Part shown: positions 38,401 through 48,879 of the stretch, in pieces
Layout: each line of letters begins with the position of its first letter
Position numbering within the stretch: position 1 is the stretch's first letter
DNA from: Camelus dromedarius
Taxonomy: Eukaryota
NCBI RefSeq assembly: GCF_036321535.1
Contig: NC_087444.1
Coordinates: 77,686,001-77,750,000 of the forward strand
DNA length: 64,000 nt
Reading direction: 5' to 3'
Notes under the pieces: model-generated
What the model was told of the DNA's origin: nothing
The model's database searches: none
The model's input: only the letters and a program-made list of their open reading frames with translations
Program-made: the position numbers and the translations under genes

Positions 38401-41400
38401 AGCAGAGGAGCTGTCCACCTCAGGGTAATGGAGCTCATGGTCTGAGCTTCCATCTTCAAGCCCGTGACATAGTTGGGAAGTAGGAGAACAAGAGTCAGGG
38501 GGTCAGAGTGTCCACATTCCACAGCACCTAATCCCCCCAGAACTCAGTAACAAGACTCCCCTGCACAGCCATGGTTGCTCAGGAGGATACGCCCTAGTGT
38601 TATGGTCTGTGTTCTCTAGAGTCCTAGAGCCTGACTGATCCCAACGCACAACCCTATGGATATTCTTTCTTCATCTCTCTCATCGTGATCCAAAGAGACA
38701 CTGGGCTAGGGAGTGTGCCACATTCTCCTGTCAGCTCTGCACCATCGTCTATCATCAACCCCGCATTAAAGAAAAAAAAAAAAAGAATCAGAATAAGGGC
38801 TCCTTCTCACCTGTGGCGGCATTGAGAGTCACCCGGGAGCTGTTGACTCCATTCTTTTCTGCCCACACAGAGAAGTTGTACAAGGTCCCGGGTTCAAGTC
38901 CTTCCACTGTGAACCTGGTGCTGGCTGTGCGTGTGGTCTCAATCGCGTCTCCCTCTCCAGACCACTGGACCCAGTAGGCGTAGCTCTGAAGGTCAGGGCC
39001 CTCAGGCACCTCCCACCTCAGGGTGATGCTGCTGGTGGTCTGAGTCTCCACACTCAGGTTCCTGATGGGGTTGGGGGCTGAGAAATGAAGAAGAAAGATC
39101 CAGTGTCAGCAGGGCAGTAAACGGGGGGGACAGTCAGTGGGCATTGCTGACCCTCAAAGTCAGTTCCCAGTCCTGCCTGAACTACGGGTCCAGGAGATAC
39201 GGGGTGTGGGGTCTAGACAGTGCTTCCCAGACTTCCATGTGCATACGTGTCACTGGGGATCTTGCTAAAAGGCAGGTTCTGACTCAGGAGGTCTAGGATG
39301 GGACTGAGATTCTGCATTTACAGCCAGTTCTCAGGAGATGCTGACGCAGCCCACCCACGGACCACACTTGGGGAGCAAGGATCTAGACCAGTGCTTTCCA
39401 GTGGAATTTCTGCAACAGTGGAAATGCCCTCCCAATGATCATTAGGGTAGATACAAACCCAGTGGGAGACTGGGAGCCCCTCAACGGAGCTCTTGAGCAC
39501 TTAAAATATGGAACCAAGCTTGCAATTTTATGCAATTTTAATGAACTTAAATGTACATAGCCACCAATGACTAGGGGCTACCATATTGGACAGTGGAGGT
39601 CTAGAGCAGAGGAGCTGTCCACCTCAGGGTAATGGAGCTCATGGTCTGAGCTTCCATCCTCAAGCCCGTGACATAGTTGGGAAGTAGGAGAACAAGAGTC
39701 AGGGGGTCAGAGTGTCCACATTCCACTGCACCTAATCCCCCCAGAACTCAGTAACAAGACTCCCCTGCACAGCCATGGTTGCTCAGGAGGATACGCCTTA
39801 GTGTTATGGTCTGTGTTCTCTAGAGTCCTAGAGCCTGACTGATCCCAACGCACAACCCTATGGATATTCTTTCTTCATCTCTCTCATCGTGATCCAAAGA
39901 GACACTGGGCTAGGGAGTGTGCCACATTCTCCTGTCAGCTCTGCACCATCGTCTATCATCAACCCCGCATTAAAGAAAAAAAAAAAAAGAATCAGAATAA
40001 GGGCTCCTTCTCACCTGTGGCGGCATTGAGAGTCACCCGGGAGCTGTTGACTCCATTCTTTTCTGCCCACACAGAGAAGTTGTACAAGGTCCCGGGTTCA
40101 AGTCCTTCCACTGTGAACCTGGTGTTGGCTGTGCGTGTGGTCTCAATCGCGTCTCCCTCTCCAGACCACTGGACCCAGTAGGCGTAGCTCTGAAGGTCAG
40201 GGCCCTCAGGCACCTCCCACCTCAGGGTGATGCTGCTGGTGGTCTGAGTCTCCACACTCAGGTTCCTGATGGGGTTGGGGGCTGAGAAATGAAGAAGAAA
40301 GATCCAGTGTCAGCAGGGCAGTAAACGGGGGGGACAGTCAGTGGGCATTGCTGACCCTCAAAGTCAGTTCCCAGTCCTGCCTGAACTACGGGTCCAGGAG
40401 ATACGGGGTGTGGGGTCTAGACAGTGCTTCCCAGACTTCCATGTGCATACGTGTCACTGGGGATCTTGCTAAAAGGCAGGTTCTGACTCAGGAGGTCTAG
40501 GATGGGACTGAGATTCTGCATTTACAGCCAGTTCTCAGGAGATGCTGACGCAGCCCACCCACGGACCACACTTGGGGAGCAAGGATCTAGACCAGTGCTT
40601 TCCAGTGGAATTTCTGCAACAGTGGAAATGCCCTCCCAATGATCATTAGGGTAGATACAAACCCAGTGGGAGACTGGGAGCCCCTCAACGGAGCTCTTGA
40701 GCACTTAAAATATGGAACCAAGCTTGCAATTTTATGCAATTTTAATGAACTTAAATGTACATAGCCACCAATGACTAGGGGCTACCATATTGGACAGTGG
40801 AGGTCTAGAGCAGAGGAGCTGTCCACCTCAGGGTAATGGAGCTCATGGTCTGAGCTTCCATCCTCAAGCCCGTGACATAGTTCGGAAGTAGGAGAACAAG
40901 AGTCAGAGGGTCAGAGTGTCCACATTCCACAGCACCTAATCCCCCCAGAACTCAGTAACAAGACTCCCCTGCACAGCCATGGTTGCTCAGGAGGATACGC
41001 CTTAGTGTTATGGTCTGTGTTCTCTAGAGTCCTAGAGCCTGACTGATCCCAACGCACAACCCTATGGATATTCTTTCTTCATCTCTCTCATCGTGATCCA
41101 AAGAGACACTGGGCTAGGGAGTGTGCCACATTCTCCTGTCAGCTCTGCACCATCGTCTATCATCAACCCCGCATTAAAGAAAAAAAAAAAAGAATCAGAA
41201 TAAGGGCTCCTTCTCACCTGTGGCGGCATTGAGAGTCACCTGGGAGCTGTTGACTCCATTCTTTTCTGCCCACACAGAGAAGTTGTACAAGGTCCCGGGT
41301 TCAAGTCCTTCCACTGTGAACCTGGTGTTGGCTGTGCGTGTGGTCTCAATCGCGTCTCCCTCTCCAGACCACTGGACCCAGTAGGCGTAGCTCTGAAGGT

Positions 41401-43502
41401 CAGGGCCCTCAGGCACCTCCCACCTCAGGGTGATGCTGCTGGTGGTCTGAGTCTCCACACTCAGGTTCCTGATGGGGTTGGGGGCTGAGAAATGAAGAAG
41501 AAAGATCCAGTGTCAGCAGGGCAGTAAACGGGGGGACAGTCAGTGGGCATTGCTGACCCTCAAAGTCAGTTCCCAGTCCTGCCTGAACTACGGGTCCAGG
41601 AGATACGGGGTGTGGGGTCTAGACAGTGCTTCCCAGACTTCCATGTGCATACGTGTCACTGGGGATCTTGCTAAAAGGCAGGTTCTGACTCAGGAGGTCT
41701 AGGATGGGACTGAGATTCTGCATTTACAGCCAGTTCTCAGGAGATGCTGACGCAGCCCACCCACGGACCACACTTGGGGAGCAAGGATCTAGACCAGTGC
41801 TTTCCAGTGGAATTTCTGCAACAGTGGAAATGCCCTCCCAATGATCATTAGGGTAGATACAAACCCAGTGGGAGACTGGGAGCCCAGCAACAGAGCCCTT
41901 GAGCACTTAGAATGTGCTCATCTGTCTTTCTTTCATCAATTACATGTCGAGGCAATACTGTCTTGGATCTACTCAGATAAGTAAAATACCTCTTTATAAT
42001 TGGTTTCACCTGTTCTGACTTATGCACTGTGGCTGATAGAAATCTTGGATCCACAAGCGTGGCTCCCATATGTTTCTGTCGGTCTACGGGCCTGCCGAGT
42101 TCTCATGCGTGTTCTGTCACTGCCTGCCACCTTCCTTTAGGAAATAAAGAAAAACAGTGGTTGCCTCTCACCTGTGGTGGTTTTGAGGGTCTTCTTGGAG
42201 CTAGTGAGTCCATCCTCCACCCACACGGAAAATTCATAGGAAGAGCCAGGGTCAAGTCCCTCCGCTGTGAAAACGGTGTCTGTCGTGTTTCGGCTCTCGG
42301 TTTTGTTATCTCGTCCGGTCCACTGGACCCAGTAGGTGTAGTTCTGCTGGTCCAGGCCACCGGGGGCCTCCGAGCGCAGGGTGATGGAGCTGCTGGTCCA
42401 GGCCTCCACAGTCAGGTTTACGACTGGGTTGGAGGCTGAGAATGGGGAAGAAGGATTCACTGTGAGCAGGGAGCAGATCAGGACTGTCCCTTCCACTGCT
42501 CCCAGTTCCTGCCTCATGTCCAGAAAGGACTAGCTCCATCGGCGCCAGGTGGGGATCGCTGTGCCCACCATGGAGACCTCCCTCTGGAAGCTCACGGGAC
42601 TTGAGGGTGCAATGGCTTTGTGTGGGCAGTGAACTCAGACAGGGGTCACTCACCGTCCGCCCTGGCCCCTGTCCAGCTGCACAGGCCCTGGTGAGATCCA
42701 AGAGGGGGGGAATCAGACACCGAAGCTCACCTCCCCTGACCCCAGTGAGTCCGCCAGCCAGCGACCCTCCCGTCCTCTGCCCAGACCCTGCGAGTCACAC
42801 TGCCTGAAGGAGAGGAGGGACAGCACACAGACTCTCCTCCCGCAGGCTGGGCTCTGACAAAGGTCATCCCATAGTATGTCTGTCTTCTCTGGGTGTGCCC
42901 TGTGTTGGGGGCAGGGGGAGTGGGGAAGGGGCAGGACTCCAGGGACCCAGGAGCTGGGATTGGCTTCACTGATATGGTAGAGAGATAAACTTAATGGTTT
43001 CACTTCCTGAAAAAATACAGCCTTAGAAGACTAAGGCAAGGAAGTAACCAACAAATTGGGAATGAAAGAAGAGTCTGATGTTGGGGACCAGGAGCCAGAC
43101 ATCCAGTCTGAAGGAAAAGGCTGGGGACTTGGACCCCTGGGTCTGAGGGAGGAGCGGGCTGGGGGCCGAGGCTCCTGAGTCTTCGTAAGCTTACCTGTGT
43201 CTTGCCAGTAACCTGAGTTCACTCTCACCGCAGAAGTAGCAATGTCTAAGAGCCCGGGTGTCAGACTCCCCAGCAATCTCCCCCAACCTAGAAACTTGCT
43301 TCCTCTCCAGGGAATTATCAGTCCCTCCCCACTCTGGACCTGAGTTCTGGGACCCCAGCCTCCTCTTTCCTGGGACCCAGGAGTTGGCCCCCCTCTGCTC
43401 CTCTCAGAGGACCCCCCCCACCCCCACTACCCTGAGTCTGGGAGCACTCACCAGCAGCACCAGGCTCCCCAAGGCCCTGAGGCCTCTGCCAGCCCCGGTC
43501 AT
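26474..43502 (-). CDS. PTPRH: Receptor-type tyrosine phosphatase H (SAP-1), 18 coding exons, 913 aa: signal peptide, 6 FN3, TM, one PTP domain
   Basis: Exons 43452-43502, 42654-42687, 42172-42435, 41218-41484, 40015-40281, 38811-39077, 37607-37873, 37072-37338, 35551-35629 (TM), 35383-35430, 30203-30284, 29660-29750, 29323-29399, 29107-29241, 28618-28740, 28252-28412, 26703-26838 and 26474-26599 total 2742 nt in phase. Catalytic motifs [31 protein letters not shown] and MVQTEAQY are intact; the C-terminus contains YENI. Confidence 0.95.
30390..31193. mobile_element. Two oppositely oriented old L1 3' fragments
   Basis: Antisense L1 3' text at about 30390-30800 and sense L1 3' text (ggaagcaacccaagtgtccatc...) at about 30810-31190. 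Confidence 0.75.
31194..31326. other. Assembly gap (133 N)
   Basis: Run of N. Confidence 1.
31327..32610 (+). mobile_element. Younger lineage-specific L1: ORF2 C-terminal part, 3' UTR and poly(A)
   Basis: ORF 31754-32338 gives [10 protein letters not shown]...[18 protein letters not shown]...[18 protein letters not shown]...[11 protein letters not shown] (the L1 ORF2p C-terminus). It ends caataaaattaaaaaaaaaa at about 32590-32610. Confidence 0.9.
31810..31948. other. Assembly gap (139 N) inside the L1
   Basis: Run of N. Confidence 1.
32860..33290 (+). mobile_element. Possible ERV1-class LTR fragment
   Basis: LTR-like U3/R text (...cccacgtggccctgcagggtgt...ctcttgggatctgtgagt...); family not assignable without a search. 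Confidence 0.35.
34631..34995 (+). mobile_element. ERV1-like solo LTR fragment, antisense to PTPRH
   Basis: Starts TGTAATAGGGAAGAACAAACCTGACTCCATATTGG, has a TATAAAA at about 34938-34944, and continues with an R-like gaagcctgaattctaactcaggcaagatggttctttgggacactag. Confidence 0.6.
35889..36100 (+). mobile_element. MER20 (hAT-Charlie) remnant
   Basis: ttttgccc..caggagacat..ggcaatgtctggagaca...actggcatc.ag.gggtggaggc..gggatgctgct.. matches the recalled MER20 consensus. Confidence 0.8.
36230..36940 (+). mobile_element. Old L1 3'-end fragment
   Basis: gttaaacacagagttaccacatgatc...tggataaacaaaatg...catggatgaacctt...cacatactgt...gcacactttaaatgggtg. Confidence 0.75.
37607..41885 (-). repeat. PTPRH: Tandem array of a 1,203-1,204-bp exon+intron unit (4 FN3 exons, about 3.5 units) in PTPRH
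   Basis: Exon starts at 37607, 38811, 40015 and 41218. The introns are near-identical apart from a few SNPs and poly(A) length. The ORF track shows four [30 protein letters not shown] copies and repeated intronic 60-aa ORFs. Confidence 0.98.
38015..38400. mobile_element. MER5-like plus MER3-like hAT remnants carried in each array unit (also near 39219-39604 and 40423-40808, partial at 41625-41915)
   Basis: cagtgcttccca...ttctgactcaggaggtctagg...gagattctgcattt...ggaccacact (MER5-like), followed by ctagaccagtgc...gagcactt..aat..tgg...ttaaat..atagccac...ggctacc.tattggacag (MER3-like). Confidence 0.7.
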
Positions 43503-44339
43503 GTCTCTGGACACTGCCGGGGACCCAAGTGTCCTAGCCCAGGACCTTCCACCTGCTGGACTTTAAACGCAAGAATTTCCCCTTTCCCAGCCCAGCAGTA
43601 AGGCCATAGGCCAGGGCAAGAAGGGAGGAGGAGGAAGTAGAGGCTTTCCAGCCGGAGAACTCCTAGCCCCACCCCCGCCCTCAGCCTTGGTCCTCACCTC
43701 TGGAAGCTCTGGCTTCTCCTGGCCACAGGGTCTCCCCTGCAGCCCCTGCCTCGCTTCACTTTATCCTGCGCGGGTAAGAGATGAGGGCGCTTCTTCCCGC
43801 TGATGTATGCATGCACAACACATGTCCCAGATGTTCAGAGTGGGAGGGGGCGCCGGAAGAAAGATGTGTCCATCCCTCTCAAGTGGACAGTTACACACCA
43901 AAGCCAGGTGGGGGGTCTACTCTCCTGCGCCCTGAGGCAGGCACTGGCCCCTCAGCCTCTCCCTGCCTCCCCCAAATCCGTGCAGCTGTCACCAAATGAG
44001 CCCAGTATATTCTGCCTCCTGGCCTTTGCGTATGCCGTCTGCTCTGCCAGGTGCCCCTTCCTGCTAGCCCTTAGGATTCAAGGGTCAACATGCTGGGTCA
44101 GACCTGTCTTTTTAGCTCCGTCAGGACCTGTGCTGTCTCTACAACACATGCCAGACTGTCCGTATGTGCGGAGGCATGTGCCACATTCTACCCAGGCCCT
44201 TGAGCCAAGTGGCTTAAATTTGCAGTGACTTAGATTCCTAATCTACCAAAATGGGCACAACCCCTTGTAAATATGCTGTGAGGAGTAAGTGAGTTCATAT
44301 ATAAAGTCTTAGAGCAATGCCTGGTTCTTTTAAAGCCTT

Positions 44340-45230
44340 TGAGAAACCGTGGCCATGTTTATTTTTGGTTCATCCCTATAATGGAAAAGAATCTCACAAA
44401 GAATATATCTATGTATATAAAACTGAATCACTTGGCTGTACACCTCAAACTAACACAACATTGTAAATTAACTACACCTCAGTTTAAAGAAATCGTTAAA
44501 AATAACAAAAAAAATTCTGCCATTTCAACAATGTTATATAAGTGGAATCATACAGCAGGATCCAACACAGCTGACACCTTGATCTTGAACTTCTGGCCTC
44601 CAGGACTGACTGCAAGACATTTCTGCTACTTAAGCCACACAATGTGTGGTACTTTGTTAAGGCAGCCCCAGCAGACTAAAACATTTTCATTGGTATTATA
44701 ACAAATTGCACTCAGTTACCGATCTTCTGTTTTTAACTTCATTGATTTTTTTTTTAAAAAAGTGTGGAAATTTGTCTTCTCTTTTATTAAGTATTTACAT
44801 AATATCCTTCCTCATTGTGCCTCTGGGCCCACAAAGTAGTTACTACCTGGCTCTTTACAGGAAAAGTTTGCTGTCCGTGATGGAGTTATTTTTGTCTGCA
44901 CTTTTAAGTTCCCAGCAAAATTGAGTGGAAGGTACAAAGATTTCTTTTGTTGTTGTTGTTTTTCAATTGAAGTACAGTCAGTTACAATGTGTCCATTTCT
45001 GGTGTACAGCATAATGTCCCAGTCATGCAAATACATATGTGTATTTGTTTTCATATTCTTTTTCATTAAAGGTTATTACAAGATATTGAATATAGCTCCC
45101 TGTGCTATACAGAAGAAATTGGCTTTTTATCTATTTTCATATACAGTGATTAATATTTGCAAATCTCAAACTCCCAAATTTATCCCTTCCCACCCCCTTT
45201 CCCCTGGTAACCATAAAATTGCTTACTATG
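44340..45230. mobile_element. Mosaic of L1 3' ends and an MLT1 fragment (about 44550-44685)
   Basis: L1 3' UTR text in both orientations. The MaLR 3' motif is gacaccttgatcttgaacttctggcctccag...ttaagcca...tggtactttgtta.ggcagccc. Confidence 0.7.
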
Positions 45231-46030
45231 TCTGCACAGAGATTTCTAATACACCCCTGCCCCGACTCATGCACAGCCTCCCCCAGTGTCAACAACCCCA
45301 CCAGAGTGGTACATTTGTCACCACTGATGAAACTATGTTGACACAAGAATCACCCAAAAGCTATACTCCACTCCTTTTCATGGCCAAATAATATTCCACC
45401 ATACGGAATTGATGACAACTTGTTTCTCCAGCCACCAGCTGATGGACATTTGGGTTTTCACCCTTTGGCTGTTACAAATAATGTCATTTGAATTTTCACA
45501 TCATCTGTTTTCAGTTCTGTGTGGTCTACCCACAGGAGGAGCCAAACTCTCTTTCTACGGACTCCATGGCTATCCCCTCTGCAGCCAGGCCCAGCCGCCA
45601 ACCCTGTCTCCCTCCACCACCCATTTGTGACCCCGTCAGCATTCCCAGGAGTTCCTCACCACTTTTGTTGTCCTGTGACTGTCAGTCGGTCCCTCTGCCC
45701 CATGCTTTCCTCTCCCTGTGTGGTTCAAGAACTGAAGCGTATCTGCTCATTCTCTTGAAGCCATTCCCTGCAGGTGTGTTCACCCAACACCTGCAGCTTC
45801 CTGCAGGCGGGACCGCAGACTGAATGAGCCCCAGGGACTCCAAGGGCAAACGGACTCTTCCAGGCCTGGCCAAGCTCGCGCTGCGGTGAGACAGACTGGG
45901 AAGTTAACCACAGTGTGACACACAGGACGCCTCTGTCCCGGAGGGGGAGATGACTTCAGGGTGAGTCTGAGCACAACAGTAGGATGCGGTCAAGTGAAGA
46001 ATTTGCATGGTGTGGGGTGGTGGTACGGAT

Positions 46031-46176
46031 GAAGAGGGTGTAGCTTAGAGGTAGAGCCTGCTTAGCACGTATGACATCCTGGGTTCAATCCCCAGTACCT
46101 CCAATAAGAAATAAACTTAATTACCTCCCCAAAAAATAAATTTAAAAAAAGACTACATGTTTAAAAAAAAAAAAAA
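46031..46176 (+). mobile_element. Second tRNA-derived camelid-type SINE
   Basis: gagggtgtagctta.aggtagagc..gcttagca...tcctgggttcaatccccagtacctcc plus an A-rich tail, same family as 17292-17465. Confidence 0.8.
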
Positions 46177-47814
46177 GACTTGCACTGGAAAGGCCAGAAC
46201 TCCATGTGGAAATGAAACTGGAGTGACCCTGAACTAGGGGTCAGGTCACCCAGACCCAGACTGGTCTCAGTTTATGCTCAGCCTGCTGGGTTGGTGAACA
46301 TGTGGAGACAGAGGGGAAAGGGGAAGCCCTGTAGGAATGAGTCCTGAACCTGTGGGATAATGTCAGGATTGAGTTGAATTGTAGGATGCCCAGCTGGTGG
46401 TGCTGGAGACTTGCTTGATGGTGTGCGGAGAGAGCCCCATACCGGAACTGAGCGCAGAGTCATAATCATTTATCATTGTGAAACATCTGGTAACCACCCA
46501 AATGATTGATCACGCCAACGTTTAAAGATGAACTATGCTGGTGGTGGCCTTGGGCTGAAGAGGATGGGTGACTGGGGAGGCAACAGCTAAAAGGTACGAG
46601 GTCTCTTTTGGGATGACGTAAATGTTCTAAGGTCATTATGATAGGGGCATGACTCTACGAACATACTGAAAACCTCTGACAAGCACACTTTAAATGGGCA
46701 GTTGGTATCTGAAGTATATGTCTGTAAAGCTGCGATCGTAACATTTTTTTCTCCAGGAATTGGACATAAACGCCTTTGAGCAGAACATGGTCACAGTATA
46801 AGTGATTATAGTCGACAATATTATACTAGAAACTTCAAAGCTCCTAAAAGGCTAGATCTTAATTGGTCCCACCACAAATAAGAAAGGTACTTTTGTGATG
46901 CAATAGGGGTGTCAGCTAAGACTAAGGGGGTAATCATACTGAGGTGTATTGATGTATCAAATCAACACTAGTACCCCTTAAACTTACACAATGTTATGTG
47001 TTGATCACATCTCAATTAAAAAAAAAAAAACAACAACGTGGTGCTCAGAGAGATGGTGGCTGGAAATATCACACCTCAGTACTTTTCCCTAGGGGTGGGA
47101 GGTTGTTCTGGGGAGCCCTTTAGGAGGGGGAAGGGTGCTCACTCATTTACCCCCCACCCCCACCCCCACCCCAGTTAATCTATCCTGAGCCTTGCACCCT
47201 TAATGGATGAGAGTGATGAGGACCTGGGCAGCGCAGAAGGTGGTGATCGCCGCCAGCTGGGTTTGGGGCTGAAGGCAGGCATCCCAGGACAACATGGTAT
47301 CTGAGACTGCGAAGAGCAGGGCACCCCACCCTGATCACCTGCCTCATCTGGGCTGAGACCTTCCTCTAGGGTGAGTGGGGATCCTGGTCTGAAGATGGGG
47401 CAGCCACTAAAAAAGGGTGAGCTTGAAGGCACATCATGAATGTAGAAGACTCCTCTCTGCTATGAGGCCCTTTTAAACGCACATCATAGACATAGAAGTC
47501 TCCTCTCTGCTGTAAGGGTCCTTTTAAAAACAAATCATGGATGTGGAAATTGAGCAGGGTTTGGAGAGCAGCTCTGACTGCTTCCTGCCCTCACACGCAG
47601 AACCTGAGGCCGAGAGGGGCAGTGAGCTGCCACGCTCGGCTTCTTCCTTCCTCGGTACTCTATTCCCACCACGTGGTTACCTACCCCTTCCTCCAAGCTC
47701 CCCTCATCTTTGAGTTTCCTCACCTCCTCAACTCTCTCTCCTGATACTGCATGTGACTGCAGTGCACTGAACTGCGTCCCCCGAAGAGACGTGCCCAAGT
47801 CAGGGCCCACTACC

Positions 47815-48163
47815 TATGGACGTGATGTTAATTAAAACAGAGTCTTTGGAGATGTAATTAAGTTCAGGATCTCAAAATGAGATTATCCCGGATTTAGAGT
47901 GGACCCTGAATCCAACTGGTGTCCTTAGGAGAGGACAGACTCACAGAGGGAGAGGATGCCACGTGAAATGAAGGCGCTCCAGGGCTGGGTACGGCCGTCA
48001 GGAGCTGGAAGAGGCTGGAAGGACCCTCCCTGGAGCCTTGGAGGGAGGACAGCCTGACAACACCTTGATTTTGGACTTCTGGGCCTCCAGAACTGTGACA
48101 GAACAAATTGCTGTTGTTTTAAGCCATCCAGTTTAGAGTAATTTGCAGTCATAGGAAACTAAC
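47815..48163 (+). mobile_element. MLT1 (ERVL-MaLR) solo LTR
   Basis: gtctttggagatgtaattaag...tgagattatcc...ccctgaatccaa.tggtgtcctt...caccttgattttggacttctgg.cctccagaactgtga.agaa.aaatt.ctgttgttttaagcca...ggaaactaaca. Confidence 0.85.
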
Positions 48164-48879
48164 ATATTGACCAGTCTCCTCCTGCTCTCAGTCTGTAAAA
48201 TCCTCACCTGTCCAATGGGTATAATGAATCCCCCCATCGTCAACGGGCCCTGCGGGGGGAGGGGGCACTTCCATGTCCCCTAAGCCCTGGCACCAGGACT
48301 GGTCCACGGGGGGTCTGCTGTAGGTATAGGTAACAACACCGCACAGCAAACGTGTTCCGAGTGTAGATTTCATGGCAAGTGTTCAATCCACAACACTGTG
48401 AAAGTACTTAATGCCACTGAACTGTACACTTAGAAGTGATTAAAATGGTCAATTTTGTGGGCAAAAAAGGGAAAAGAACCATTTGCTGTTATTGTGATCC
48501 TCCCTGCCCTCACGCCCTTCCCCAAATAACAGATGTCACAGCTTCAATGCCCGCTTTACTTAGGCAAGAGAAAGAGATCCAGGCCAGAGGGAAGGGGAGG
48601 CACACCGGGATCACAGAGGAAAGCGGGAGGCCGAGGAAGGTCCAGTGTAGATCTGGTTGAGGGGCCTGGAATCTGGAATCAGAACTGAGTGGGAACTCGG
48701 TGGTGCATTTGAATTTCTGCCAACGGTTCCCATGTGTCTCCAGATAGACCAGTACCGCAGACAGGAGTCTGCAGGCCTGGCTCTTGCCCCCAAGGGTATT
48801 TCTCTGGCCTCGCTGGTCTTGGGGGCCCAGGTCCTTGGAGGAGGGGAGGGTGCGGACACTTGCCTGTCTTGGCCCCCAG

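Noticed and set aside
37607-41885. Regularly spaced repeats considered as a CRISPR-like array
   Set aside because: The units are 1.2-kb exon+intron duplications with no unique spacers, the host is a eukaryote, and no cas genes are present.
38114-41906. Four repeated 60-aa minus-strand ORFs ([15 protein letters not shown]...)
   Set aside because: They are intronic, lie within MER3/MER5 fossils, and recur only because the intron is duplicated.
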